Origin: Candidatus Aquitaenariimonas noxiae
GTDB lineage: Bacteria; Omnitrophota; Gorgyraeia; Aquitaenariimonadales; Aquitaenariimonadaceae
Reading direction: 5' to 3'
Assembly: GCA_002780005.1 (NCBI GenBank)
Contig: PEWV01000071.1
Location: 2,188 to 66,187 of the forward strand
DNA: 64,000 nucleotides
Part shown: in pieces, positions 21,138 through 30,496 of the stretch
Position numbering within the stretch: position 1 is the first letter of the stretch
Layout of the letters: the number at the start of each line of letters is the position of its first letter
The notes under the pieces: model-generated
What the model was told of the DNA's origin: nothing
The model's database searches: none
The model's input: the letters and a program-made list of their open reading frames with translations, nothing else
Position numbers and translations under genes: made by a program

Positions 21138-21884
21138 ATGAAAAATTTGAAGGGAGTTATTTTGGCGGGTGGTTTAGGTAAAAGGTTGTATCCGTTAACC
21201 AAGATAACGAATAAACATCTTCTTCCGGTGTATAACAAGCCCATGATATATTATCCGATCCAGACCCTTGTAGACGCCGGAATAACAGATATCTTGATCG
21301 TCACGGGCGGAAATCACGCCGGAGAATTTTTGAGGTTGCTAGGAAACGGAAGCGAGTTTGGTCTAAAGCATATAAACTACACATATCAGGAGGGGGAGGG
21401 CGGAATAGCGCATGCCCTGGCCTTGGCCAAGCATTTTGCAGGAGGCGGCAAGGTCGTTGTTATACTCGGAGATAATATGATAGAAAAAAACATAAGAGGG
21501 TATGTTGAAAAATTTAAAAAACAACTGAGTGGAGCAAAAATACTTTTAAAAGAAGTCGAAGATCCTGCCCGCTTCGGCGTTGCTGAAGTTAAAGGTAATA
21601 AAATCATATCCATAGTTGAAAAACCAAAGAAACCTAAATCCAATTATGCCGTTACAGGCATATACATGTACGACAATAGCGTATTTGATATTATTAAAAC
21701 ATTAAAGCCGTCCGGAAGGGGCGAACTGGAAATAACCGATGTTAATAATGATTATTTGCGAAAAGGCAAGCTTACCTTTGATGTGCTAGACGGCTGGTGG
21801 ACTGACTCCGGGACGTTTGAGTCGCTTTTTAAGGCTAATAAATTAATAGTTGATAGAGAAAAAAAAGGACAAATAATCTTGTAA
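21138..21884 (+). CDS. rmlA: Glucose-1-phosphate thymidylyltransferase-like sugar nucleotidyltransferase (short form)
   Basis: GVILAGGLGKRLYPLT nucleotidyltransferase motif. In-frame ATG at 21138 with RBS AAGGAGA preferred over the track start 21063. Context is rmlC-rmlA-rmlB-rmlD. Confidence 0.65.
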   Translation: MKNLKGVILAGGLGKRLYPLTKITNKHLLPVYNKPMIYYPIQTLVDAGITDILIVTGGNHAGEFLRLLGNGSEFGLKHINYTYQEGEGGIAHALALAKHFAGGGKVVVILGDNMIEKNIRGYVEKFKKQLSGAKILLKEVEDPARFGVAEVKGNKIISIVEKPKKPKSNYAVTGIYMYDNSVFDIIKTLKPSGRGELEITDVNNDYLRKGKLTFDVLDGWWTDSGTFESLFKANKLIVDREKKGQIIL

Positions 21885-21899
21885 ATACGGAGTTATTAA

Positions 21900-22853
21900 A
21901 TGAAAATACTTGTTACGGGCGGATGCGGTTTTATAGGCTCAAATTTTATTCGACATATTCTTAAAAAGTATAAAAATTATAAAATAGTAAATTTCGACAA
22001 TCTCACATATGCCGGCAACCCCGAGAACCTGAAGGATATAGAACATGATGTCCGTTATGCCTTTGTAAAAGGCGACATATGCGATCAGGCTGCCGTCGAA
22101 GAAGCTATGGTAGGCTGCAATATAGTAATAAACTTCGCGGCGGAGTCCCATGTGGATAGGTCTATAGAGCGTCCCGAAAATTTCGTGCAAACAAATTTTT
22201 ACGGCGCTTATATTCTTTTAGAAGAAGCGAAGAAGAAGGGCGTAGAAAAGTTTATGCAAATAAGCACCGATGAGGTGTATGGCAGTATTGTTAAAGGCTC
22301 GTTTACGGAAGAAAGCCCTCTGGCGCCCAATAGCCCTTATTCGGCCAGCAAGGCCGCTGCGGACCTTTTAGCGCGTTCGTATTATAAGACATATGGCTTT
22401 CCGGTGCTGATTACAAGAAGTTCGAACAACTTCGGCCCATATCAGTATCCGGAAAAAGTTATGCCGCTTTTTATAACCAAAGCCTTTGAGAATAAACGTT
22501 TACCACTCTATGGCGACGGAGGTAATGTAAGGGATTGGTTGTTTGTGATCGATAATTGCGAAGGTATTGATCTCGTATTGCATAAAGGCAAATTCGGAGA
22601 AGCATATAATATCGGAGACGAGACCGAAATAAGCAACTTAGAGCTGACCAAACTTTTATTGGATATTCTGGGAAAGCCGCATTCGCTGATCGAATTTGTA
22701 AAAGATAGATTAGGTCACGACAGGCGTTACTCGCTGGATTGCAGAAAAATAAAAAAACTAGGTTGGTTGCCGAAATGCGATTTTAAAACAGCCTTATTGT
22801 CCACCGTTGAATGGTATGGTGCCAATAAAGAGTGGTGGATAAAGTTGAAATAG
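21900..22853 (+). CDS. rmlB: dTDP-glucose 4,6-dehydratase
   Basis: ILVTGGCGFIGSNF Rossmann fold. RmlB-typical NFDNLTYAGN segment and the YxxxK SDR catalytic region (YSASKAA). Confidence 0.9.
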   Translation: MKILVTGGCGFIGSNFIRHILKKYKNYKIVNFDNLTYAGNPENLKDIEHDVRYAFVKGDICDQAAVEEAMVGCNIVINFAAESHVDRSIERPENFVQTNFYGAYILLEEAKKKGVEKFMQISTDEVYGSIVKGSFTEESPLAPNSPYSASKAAADLLARSYYKTYGFPVLITRSSNNFGPYQYPEKVMPLFITKAFENKRLPLYGDGGNVRDWLFVIDNCEGIDLVLHKGKFGEAYNIGDETEISNLELTKLLLDILGKPHSLIEFVKDRLGHDRRYSLDCRKIKKLGWLPKCDFKTALLSTVEWYGANKEWWIKLK

Positions 22854-22856
22854 ATC

Positions 22857-23756
22857 ATGAAAGACCGTATATTGATAACCGGTGCGTCAGGGATGCTGGG
22901 AACAGATTTGTGCCTTAATTTTTTAAAAAAATACGATGTATGCGGCGCCGATCTAGCCGGACCAAAAATAAAAGAGAGATGCCCTGCTCAGGTTAAATTT
23001 TACAAACTTGATATAACTGACAGGCTTGGTACGATTAAGCTAATAAACGATATAAAACCGGCTATTGTTGTGCATGCCGCTGCGTATACCGATGTAGACG
23101 GCTGCGAAAAAGACAAAAGTGCGGCATTTAACGTAAATGCCGACGGAGCCGGCAATGTCGCCTTAGGGTGCAAGAAAATAAATGCTACTCTTTTCTATAT
23201 CAGCACAGATTTTGTGTTTGACGGTAAAAAAACCGAACCATATACCGAAGATGATGATACAAATCCTATAAATATTTATGGCGAGTCAAAGTTGGCAGGA
23301 GAGAGATTAGTTGTGCAAAACGCTGGGAGTCATGTGATAGTACGCACCTCTTGGCTCTTTGGAAAATGCGGGAAAAATTTTGTTGATACCATAATAGGAT
23401 TAGCGAAAACAAGAAAAGAAATAAAAGTCGTGGACGATCAAATTGGTTCACCGACATATACGGCGGATTTGGCAAAGGCTATTTTTAAGCTTGCGGAAAT
23501 CACGATGGCAAAGCCCGTAAAGGATATTTATCACATCTCAAATAACGGAAAGGTTTCCTGGTATGAATACACGCGGCGCATATTAGAATACGCGCATATT
23601 GCCGACGTGAAAGTAACTCCAATTACATCGGAGGAGTTGGATCGGCCTGCAAAGAGGCCCAAGATGTCAGCACTAAATAACAGTAGATATCAAAAAACCA
23701 CTCATGATAAAATGAGGGATTATAATGAGGCGTTACAAGAATATTTAATAAAATAG
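22857..23756 (+). CDS. rmlD: dTDP-4-dehydrorhamnose reductase
   Basis: RILITGASGMLG at the N-terminus. RmlD substrate-binding domain fold. Size about 299 aa. Follows rmlB. Confidence 0.85.
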   Translation: MKDRILITGASGMLGTDLCLNFLKKYDVCGADLAGPKIKERCPAQVKFYKLDITDRLGTIKLINDIKPAIVVHAAAYTDVDGCEKDKSAAFNVNADGAGNVALGCKKINATLFYISTDFVFDGKKTEPYTEDDDTNPINIYGESKLAGERLVVQNAGSHVIVRTSWLFGKCGKNFVDTIIGLAKTRKEIKVVDDQIGSPTYTADLAKAIFKLAEITMAKPVKDIYHISNNGKVSWYEYTRRILEYAHIADVKVTPITSEELDRPAKRPKMSALNNSRYQKTTHDKMRDYNEALQEYLIK

Positions 23757-23764
23757 GAGATGAT

Positions 23765-24742
23765 ATGAAAGTACTGATAACCGGTATTACGGGTTTTGTG
23801 GGGAGCCATTTGGCAGATTATCTTTTAAGTAAAGGTAATATTGAAGTCCATGGTGTTGAAAGATGGAGGAGCAAGACAGAGAATATTGACCACATAAAAG
23901 ATAAAATAAGTCTACATGAATGCGATGTGCGCGACGCATCTAGCGTTAATAAGCTTATCGAATCGATAAAACCCGACAGAATATTTCATCTTGCTGCCCA
24001 AAGCTTTGTGCCTACCTCTTGGCATGCCCCTACTGAAACGATTACAACAAACATTATAGGTGAACTTAATCTTTTCGAAGCGATCAGGAGTATCGGCATA
24101 AATCCCTTTATTCAGATCGCCGGATCAAGCGAGGAATATGGTTTGATAGATAGAAAAATTTTACCGGTTAAAGAGGACGCGCCGTTAAATCCATTGAGCC
24201 CATACGGCGTATCAAAAGTAGGGCAGGACCTTTTGGGCTATCAATATCACATGAGCTATAAACTGAATATTGTTCGCACCAGGGCTTTTAACCATAGCGG
24301 TCCACGCCGGGGAGAGCCGTTTGTATGTTCGAATTTTGCAAAACAGATCGTACTGATCGAAAATGGGTTGTTCGAACCTGTCATATATGTAGGCAACTTA
24401 TCAACGATAAGAGATTTCACAGATGTAAGGGATGTGGTAAGGGCATACTGGCTAGCCCTGGAAAAAGGACAGCCGGGGGAGGTGTACAATATTTCGTCGG
24501 GTAAAGGATATTCGATGGAAGAACTTCTCAAAATACTCCTATCGTTTACAAATAAAAAAATACAAATAAAACAAGATAGTCAAAGGATGAGACCCAGCGA
24601 TCTCCCTATTCTGGTAGGCGACAGTACAAAATTCAGGAAATTAACAGGCTGGAAGCCTGAGATACCTTTCGAGAAAACATTGGAAGATTTATTAAATTAT
24701 TGGAGAGAAAAAGTTGGAAGCTTACAAAAAGTTAAGAAATAG
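23765..24742 (+). CDS. GDP-mannose 4,6-dehydratase family SDR (Gmd/Rmd-like)
   Basis: VLITGITGFVGSHL followed by the EVHGVERWRS segment typical of the GMD family. YxxxK present (YGVSKVG). An fcl homologue lies at the cluster end. Confidence 0.65.
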   Translation: MKVLITGITGFVGSHLADYLLSKGNIEVHGVERWRSKTENIDHIKDKISLHECDVRDASSVNKLIESIKPDRIFHLAAQSFVPTSWHAPTETITTNIIGELNLFEAIRSIGINPFIQIAGSSEEYGLIDRKILPVKEDAPLNPLSPYGVSKVGQDLLGYQYHMSYKLNIVRTRAFNHSGPRRGEPFVCSNFAKQIVLIENGLFEPVIYVGNLSTIRDFTDVRDVVRAYWLALEKGQPGEVYNISSGKGYSMEELLKILLSFTNKKIQIKQDSQRMRPSDLPILVGDSTKFRKLTGWKPEIPFEKTLEDLLNYWREKVGSLQKVKK

Positions 24743-26018
24743 CATTATAAAGAAAAAGGCGAACATTGCGGTAATTGGTTTAGGGTACGTAGGCCTGCCT
24801 ATAGCGATAGAGTTTGTTAAGGCCGGTTTTAATGTATTTGGTCTAGAGAATGACATTGACCGCATAAACAAGCTGCAAAAAGGTGAGTCTTACATACTGG
24901 ACGTCGAAACTGAAGTTTTAAGAAAATTGGTTAACGGAGAAAAATTTCATGTCGGAAGCGGTTCCGGCATTCTTAGGCATGCCGATGTCGTTATAGTGTG
25001 TGTACCTACGCCGCTTCGAAAGACAAAAATCCCTAATATTTCATATATAATTAAAGCGATCCGGGCAATAGCTGTGAACTTAAAGAGCCCGTCTCTAATT
25101 GTGCTGGAAAGTACGACATACCCGGGTACAACAAGGGATGTTGTTATGCCAATTCTTAAGAGAAGGGGCTTTAGAGAAGGAAAGGATTTCTTTTTGGCAT
25201 TCTCGCCCGAAAGAATAGATCCGGGCAATACGAAATATAGCCTTATGAATGTGCCGAAGCTCGTTGGTGGGACAAGTAAAAACTCGACAGATCTCGCGTA
25301 TGTACTGTATTCACAAATTATAAAAAAGGTCGTTTGTGTTTCGAGCTCAGAAGTTGCGGAAGTGGTAAAGTTGCTGGAAAATACCTTTCGGATAGTTAAT
25401 ATAGGGCTTATAAACGAATTCGCCATGTTGTGCCACAAGTTCAAGATAGACGTTTGGGAGGTTATAAGGGCTGCAAAGACAAAACCATTCGGGTTTATGG
25501 CATTTTATCCCGGGCCGGGCATAGGGGGCCATTGTATACCAAAGGACCCGTTGTACCTTTCGTGGAAAGCTAGAAAAGCCGGTTTTAAAACAAAAATGAT
25601 AGATCTGGCCTCGAAGGTTAATTCATTTATGCCGGCCTATGCAGTTGAGCGCGTGAAAGATATCCTAGGCGGAAAAATAAGGGGTGCAAACATACTCGTC
25701 TTGGGGGTAACGTATAAGCGCGACGTAAAAGATCTTAGAGAGTCCCCGGCTTTAGAAATAATTGAGCTCCTTAAATGGCGTCAAGCGAATGTATCGTACA
25801 GCGATCCGCACATACCTTATTTACGGATAAAAAACATTGATCTTACCTCGTCTAAACTATCAAAAGCAATACTGGCAAAGCAGGATTGCATTATTCTCGT
25901 CACCGATCACAGCGGCTTCGATTATCATTTTATCGCGAAGCATGCAAAAAGAATTTTTGATACAAGAAATGTCTTTGATTCTTATAATGTTCGTTCAAAA
26001 AATATCACCGCACTTTAG
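24714..26018 (+). CDS. UDP-N-acetyl-D-glucosamine/mannosamine 6-dehydrogenase (WbpA/TviB/WecC-like nucleotide-sugar dehydrogenase)
   Basis: IAVIGLGYVGLPIA Rossmann fold and central/C-terminal UDPG_MGDP_dh domains (GGHCIPKD). Apparent TTG start overlapping the upstream gene. Confidence 0.75.
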   Translation: MEAYKKLRNSIIKKKANIAVIGLGYVGLPIAIEFVKAGFNVFGLENDIDRINKLQKGESYILDVETEVLRKLVNGEKFHVGSGSGILRHADVVIVCVPTPLRKTKIPNISYIIKAIRAIAVNLKSPSLIVLESTTYPGTTRDVVMPILKRRGFREGKDFFLAFSPERIDPGNTKYSLMNVPKLVGGTSKNSTDLAYVLYSQIIKKVVCVSSSEVAEVVKLLENTFRIVNIGLINEFAMLCHKFKIDVWEVIRAAKTKPFGFMAFYPGPGIGGHCIPKDPLYLSWKARKAGFKTKMIDLASKVNSFMPAYAVERVKDILGGKIRGANILVLGVTYKRDVKDLRESPALEIIELLKWRQANVSYSDPHIPYLRIKNIDLTSSKLSKAILAKQDCIILVTDHSGFDYHFIAKHAKRIFDTRNVFDSYNVRSKNITAL

Positions 26019-26033
26019 TTTTTAGGAGGATCC

Positions 26034-27056
26034 GTGGCTAAGTATCTGGTAACAGGCGGCGCCGGATTTATCGGCTCCAATATCGTAGAAGAGCTAATAA
26101 AAAGAGGTGAAAAGGTCAGGGTAATAGATAATTTCTCGACGGGAAGAAAGGAGAACCTTAACTTTGCGTTGGGTGACAACGTCACCAAGTCACAACGTCA
26201 CCAGCAAAAGCCATCTGGTGACCTGGTGACCTGGTGCTCTGGTGACTTCGAATTAATCGAAGGAGATATAAGGGATGAAGCCGTGGTAAAAAGGGCTGTA
26301 AAGGGGATGGATATAGTATTGCACCAAGCCGCGTTTCGTAGCGTCGCAAAATCTGTAGAAGAACCGGCGCTTACGGTCGATGTGAACATATTAGGCACTT
26401 TAAATATTTTAATGGCGAGTTGGAAGGAGGGCGTAAAAAGAGTGGTTTGTGCATCCAGCAGTTCTGTATATGGTGAAACAGAAAAATTTCCCCAGAAAGA
26501 AAGCGATCCACCAAGCCCGATCTCTCCTTATGCAGCATCCAAATTATCAGGCGAGCATTATTGCAAAGTCTTTAGTGAAACCTACGGCATAGAAACTGTT
26601 TGTTTACGATATTTTAATGTGTTTGGCCCTAGGCAAAATCCTGAGTCGAAATATTCGACGGTTATCCCGGCTTTTATAGCCTGGATGCTTAAGGATGAGC
26701 CGCCCAAGGTTGACAGTGACGGTAAGCAATCAAGAGATTTTACTTATGTGAGTAATGTCGTAAACGCAAATTTATCTGCTGCGGCGATCCCTAACCTTAA
26801 ATGGGATGTTATAAATATTGCATGCGGCGAAACTCATAGTGTTTTAGATATAGTTAGCGTGTTAAATAAAATTTTAGGGAAAAATATTAAACCCACCTTC
26901 TGGCCAAAAAGAAAAGGCGATGTTAGGTGCACCATCGCGGATATAACAAAAATGAAGAAGGTTTTGGGGCTTAGCGCCCAGGTGGGTTTTGAAGAAGGCA
27001 TAAGGAAAACCGTAGAATGGTTCAAGTCGCACCCAGAAGCCATAAAACTTATATAA
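26034..27056 (+). CDS. NAD-dependent UDP-sugar 4-epimerase (WbpP/CapD/UDP-glucuronate 4-epimerase-like) carrying an in-frame repeat-encoded insertion
   Basis: [22 protein letters not shown] and extended-SDR YAASKL. An extra segment of about 10 aa, GDNVTKSQRHQQKPSGDLVTWCSGD, lies between NL and FELIEGDIRD. Confidence 0.75.
   Translation: MAKYLVTGGAGFIGSNIVEELIKRGEKVRVIDNFSTGRKENLNFALGDNVTKSQRHQQKPSGDLVTWCSGDFELIEGDIRDEAVVKRAVKGMDIVLHQAAFRSVAKSVEEPALTVDVNILGTLNILMASWKEGVKRVVCASSSSVYGETEKFPQKESDPPSPISPYAASKLSGEHYCKVFSETYGIETVCLRYFNVFGPRQNPESKYSTVIPAFIAWMLKDEPPKVDSDGKQSRDFTYVSNVVNANLSAAAIPNLKWDVINIACGETHSVLDIVSVLNKILGKNIKPTFWPKRKGDVRCTIADITKMKKVLGLSAQVGFEEGIRKTVEWFKSHPEAIKLI
26172..26246 (+). 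repeat. Cluster of GGTGAC/GTCACC hexamer repeats and short palindromes inside the epimerase coding sequence
   Basis: Sequence is ggtgacaacgtcacc aagtcacaacgtcacc .. ggtgacctggtgacctggtgctctggtgac. The hairpin GGTGAC-AAC-GTCACC is a perfect 6-bp inverted repeat. The region is GC-richer than its surroundings. Confidence 0.6.
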
Positions 27057-27060
27057 GAAT

Positions 27061-28236
27061 ATGAACAGTAAGCCGGTACGAACAAAAGAAAATTTTCTTA
27101 TTTTCGGTTCCCCTATCATAGAACAGCCCGAGATCGATGAAGTGGTAAAGAGCATGAAATCCGGATGGCTGGGCACTGGTCCTAAAGTTGCGCAATTCGA
27201 AACAGATTTCAAAGCATATAAAGGCGCAAATTATGCCGCAGCTCTCAATTCATGCACAGCTTCATTGCATTTAAGTATGCTGGCCAGCGATATCGGAAAA
27301 GGTGATGAAATAATCACGACGCCGATGACATTTTGCGCTACTGTAAATGCGATTATTCATTGCGGCGCAACCCCCGTGTTGGCTGACGTTGACCAACGGA
27401 CAATGAATATCGATCCTAAATGCGTCGAGGCTAAGATCACACCAAAAACAAAAGCGATTTTGCCGGTGCATTTTGCCGGTAGGCCCTGCGACATGGACGC
27501 TCTATTAAATATAGCCGAGAGGCACAACCTTAAAATAATTGAGGATTGCGCCCATGCGATCGAGACTACATACAACGGGAAGCATGCAGGAACTTTTGGG
27601 GAATTCGGGTGTTTTAGTTTCTATGTCACAAAAAATATAGTTACAGGAGAGGGTGGGATGGTTCTAGCCAAGAGCGAAGAGGCCATCAATCGTATTAAGA
27701 TACTCGGCCTTCATGGTATGACAAAAGATGCCTGGAAGCGTTTCAGTGATGAAGGGTATAAGCATTATTTGGTTGTGACGGCCGGTTTTAAGTATAACAT
27801 GATGGATATACAAGCAGCTATAGGCATACATCAGCTCAAAAGAATCGAAGTGTATTGGAAGAGAAGGCAAGCGATATGGCAGAGGTATAATGAAGCATTT
27901 TCTAATTTACCTATAGGGTTACCTGCTGACACGGCTTCAAACATTCGCCATGCCTACCATCTTTACACTATTTCTGTCGATAAAGATAAAGCCGGAATAA
28001 GCAGAGATAGCTTTATCGATGCGGTAACAGCCGAAGGTATTGGTGTGGGCGTGCATTATTTAAGCATACCAGAACACCCTTTTTATCAGAAGACTTTCGG
28101 GTGGAAGCCAGAAGATTATCCAAATGCTATGCGAATAGGGCGGCAAACTGTAAGTTTACCAATATCTGCAAAATTGACAGATTCTGATATTGCCGATGTA
28201 ATTAAAGCTATTTATAAAGTCGTAAAATCTAAATAA
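27061..28236 (+). CDS. DegT/DnrJ/EryC1/StrS family PLP-dependent sugar aminotransferase (WbpE-like)
   Basis: N-terminal PIIEQPEIDEV and KSGWLGTGPKV motifs. Fold-type I aminotransferase with the active-site Lys region. About 391 aa. Confidence 0.8.
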   Translation: MNSKPVRTKENFLIFGSPIIEQPEIDEVVKSMKSGWLGTGPKVAQFETDFKAYKGANYAAALNSCTASLHLSMLASDIGKGDEIITTPMTFCATVNAIIHCGATPVLADVDQRTMNIDPKCVEAKITPKTKAILPVHFAGRPCDMDALLNIAERHNLKIIEDCAHAIETTYNGKHAGTFGEFGCFSFYVTKNIVTGEGGMVLAKSEEAINRIKILGLHGMTKDAWKRFSDEGYKHYLVVTAGFKYNMMDIQAAIGIHQLKRIEVYWKRRQAIWQRYNEAFSNLPIGLPADTASNIRHAYHLYTISVDKDKAGISRDSFIDAVTAEGIGVGVHYLSIPEHPFYQKTFGWKPEDYPNAMRIGRQTVSLPISAKLTDSDIADVIKAIYKVVKSK

Positions 28237-28306
28237 CCTCTTACAGACCTACAAGTTACAACAATAGCAAAAATCCAAAAACTGTTAAATATTATAATTT
28301 TTTATC

Positions 28307-28335
28307 TTGACTCCCAAATTCAAATATGGTAATAT
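28307..28335 (+). promoter_or_regulatory. Candidate sigma70 promoter (TTGACT, 17-nt spacer, TAATAT) in a 164-bp AT-rich gap inside the glycan cluster
   Basis: ttgact at 28307-28312 and taatat at 28330-28335. This is the largest intergenic gap in the cluster, directly upstream of the decarboxylase gene. Confidence 0.5.
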
Positions 28336-28400
28336 AAAACCTGTTTTCCTATTCCCGATATTATGATGAAATAAGTTATAATATAACAGAAGGGTGGATT

Positions 28401-29339
28401 ATGAAGACCGTCTTGTTGACCGGGGGCGCAGGTTTTATAGGTTCACACCTTTGCAGGTACTTGCTAGACAAGAGATTTCGGGTTATTTGCGTTGACAACC
28501 TTCTTACTGGTGATTTAAACAACGTAGCATCATTAAGAGCCAATCCAAACTTTGATTTCATAAAGCACGATGTGACAAAGAATATCCACCTCGATGAAGA
28601 TATAGATTTTGTCTTACATTTTGCTTCACCGGCAAGCCCGATCGATTACAAAAAACTTCCCATACAAACTTTAAAGGTGGGTTCTCTGGGAACTCATAAT
28701 GCCCTAGGCGTAGCCAAGGCAAAGGGTGCCAAGTTCTTGCTTGCTTCGACTTCTGAAGTTTACGGTGACCCGCTTATCCATCCGCAGCCGGAAAGCTACT
28801 GGGGGAATGTTAATCCCATAGGGCCGCGAGGAGTCTATGATGAGGCAAAGCGTTTCGCAGAGGCGCTAACCCTTGCTTATCACAGGACACACAAGATTGA
28901 TACGAAAATAGTCCGCATCTTCAATACTTATGGCCCCCATATGCGCAGAAAAGATGGTCGGGCAATCCCGGAATTTATCGATCAAGCCTTATCGGGAAAA
29001 CCTATTACAGTTTTTGGCGACGGGTCGCAAACGCGCAGTTTTTGCTATATCTCGGATTTAGTTGACGGCATATACAGATTAATGAATTCTGACCTGAATG
29101 AACCTGTGAACATAGGAAATCCGGCTGAGTTTTCTGTGCTGGAATTGGCAAATATGATAAAAAAGTTTACAAAAAGCAAAAGTAAAATTATTTTTAAACC
29201 ACTGCCAATAGATGACCCTAAAGTCCGTCAGCCGGATATTAGCAAGGCAAAGAAATATCTAAAATGGTTGCCCAAGGTAGAAATAGAAGAGGGTTTGAAT
29301 AAAACCATTAGCTGGTTCAATAAACCATCCAAATCATAA
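28401..29339 (+). CDS. UDP-glucuronate decarboxylase (UXS/ArnA C-terminal domain-like SDR)
   Basis: [14 protein letters not shown]. The UXS-typical segments [11 protein letters not shown] and [10 protein letters not shown]. YxxxK present (YDEAKR). Confidence 0.8.
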   Translation: MKTVLLTGGAGFIGSHLCRYLLDKRFRVICVDNLLTGDLNNVASLRANPNFDFIKHDVTKNIHLDEDIDFVLHFASPASPIDYKKLPIQTLKVGSLGTHNALGVAKAKGAKFLLASTSEVYGDPLIHPQPESYWGNVNPIGPRGVYDEAKRFAEALTLAYHRTHKIDTKIVRIFNTYGPHMRRKDGRAIPEFIDQALSGKPITVFGDGSQTRSFCYISDLVDGIYRLMNSDLNEPVNIGNPAEFSVLELANMIKKFTKSKSKIIFKPLPIDDPKVRQPDISKAKKYLKWLPKVEIEEGLNKTISWFNKPSKS

Positions 29340-30460
29340 TGATACCTATTTTAGATTTAAAAAAACAATATCATTCGATCAAAAAAGAAATAGACGCGCG
29401 CCTGCAGGAAATTCTTGAATCCGGTATTTTTATACTGGGCCCTAATGTTAAAAGTTTGGAAAAAGAAATAGCTGATTTTTGCACCACAAAATTTGCAGTC
29501 GGCGTAGCCTCGGGTACAGATGCGCTGGAGCTAGCCCTTCAAGCCCTTGGGATCAAGGGCGGGGATGAAGTTATTACCACGCCTTTCACCTTTATCGCAA
29601 CCACGGAAGCAATTTTACAAATTGGCGCAAAAATAGTTTTTGCTGACATAGATCCAATTACTTACAACATCCATCCGGCGGATATAAAAAATAAGCTTAC
29701 CAGGAAAACTAAGGCTATCATACCCGTCCATCTGTATGGTCAACCGTGCCAGATGGACGAAATTTTGAAATACGCCAAAGAATACAAGTTTTCCATTATT
29801 GAAGATTGCGCCCAGGCAATAGGGGCAGAGTATGCAGGCAGAAGAGTGGGTTCTTTTGGAAATATTGGATGCTTTAGTTTTTTCCCAACCAAAAACTTGG
29901 GCGGCTATGGAGACGGTGGAATGGTTGTTACGAATGATGAAAATATTGCAGAAAAGATAAAAATCCTTCGCGTACATGGTAGTAAGAATAAGTATTTTCA
30001 TATACTTGAAGGCCGCAATAGCCGGCTGGACGAAATCCAGGCAGGTATCTTGCGGATAAAGTTAAAATACTTGAACGAGTGGAATACGAAACGGGCAGAA
30101 AAGGCCGCACTTTACAATGATTATTTTGTAAAGGCCGGACTACAGAATGAAATAACTCTACCAAGAGCAAACGAGAATACCAAACACGTTTACCATATTT
30201 ACGTTATAAGGGTCAAGCAGAGAGACGAACTTGTGGAGTTTTTAAAATCTAAAGGTGTTTCTACGGCTGTGAATTATCCATTACCCTTGCATCTTCAGGA
30301 GGTTTACAAAAAACTAGGATATAGATCGGGAGATTTTCCAAATTCTGAATTGGCGGCTAAACAGGTTGTTTCGCTGCCCATATATCCCGAACTTACTTCA
30401 GGAGAGATAGAGTTAATAGTGAGCCTAATAAAAGAGTTTTATGCAAAAAAGGAAAATTAA
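29339..30460 (+). CDS. DegT-family sugar aminotransferase (ArnB/PglE-like)
   Basis: IPILDLKKQY..EIDARLQEILESGIFILGPNV N-terminus typical of ArnB/WecE/PglE-type aminotransferases. Stop/start overlap with the upstream decarboxylase gene. Confidence 0.8.
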   Translation: MIPILDLKKQYHSIKKEIDARLQEILESGIFILGPNVKSLEKEIADFCTTKFAVGVASGTDALELALQALGIKGGDEVITTPFTFIATTEAILQIGAKIVFADIDPITYNIHPADIKNKLTRKTKAIIPVHLYGQPCQMDEILKYAKEYKFSIIEDCAQAIGAEYAGRRVGSFGNIGCFSFFPTKNLGGYGDGGMVVTNDENIAEKIKILRVHGSKNKYFHILEGRNSRLDEIQAGILRIKLKYLNEWNTKRAEKAALYNDYFVKAGLQNEITLPRANENTKHVYHIYVIRVKQRDELVEFLKSKGVSTAVNYPLPLHLQEVYKKLGYRSGDFPNSELAAKQVVSLPIYPELTSGEIELIVSLIKEFYAKKEN

Positions 30461-30496
30461 AAACAGGGTTATTTCTTTCGCGCACGGCGGTAGTTA

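Noticed and set aside
24947-25444. 165-aa minus-strand ORF
   Set aside because: It lies antisense inside the well-supported nucleotide-sugar dehydrogenase gene and has no motifs.
26172-26246. GGTGAC repeat cluster as a CRISPR or other array
   Set aside because: There are too few units, too short (6-8 bp), with no spacers. The segment is in-frame inside an intact epimerase gene and is treated as an intragenic repeat insertion.
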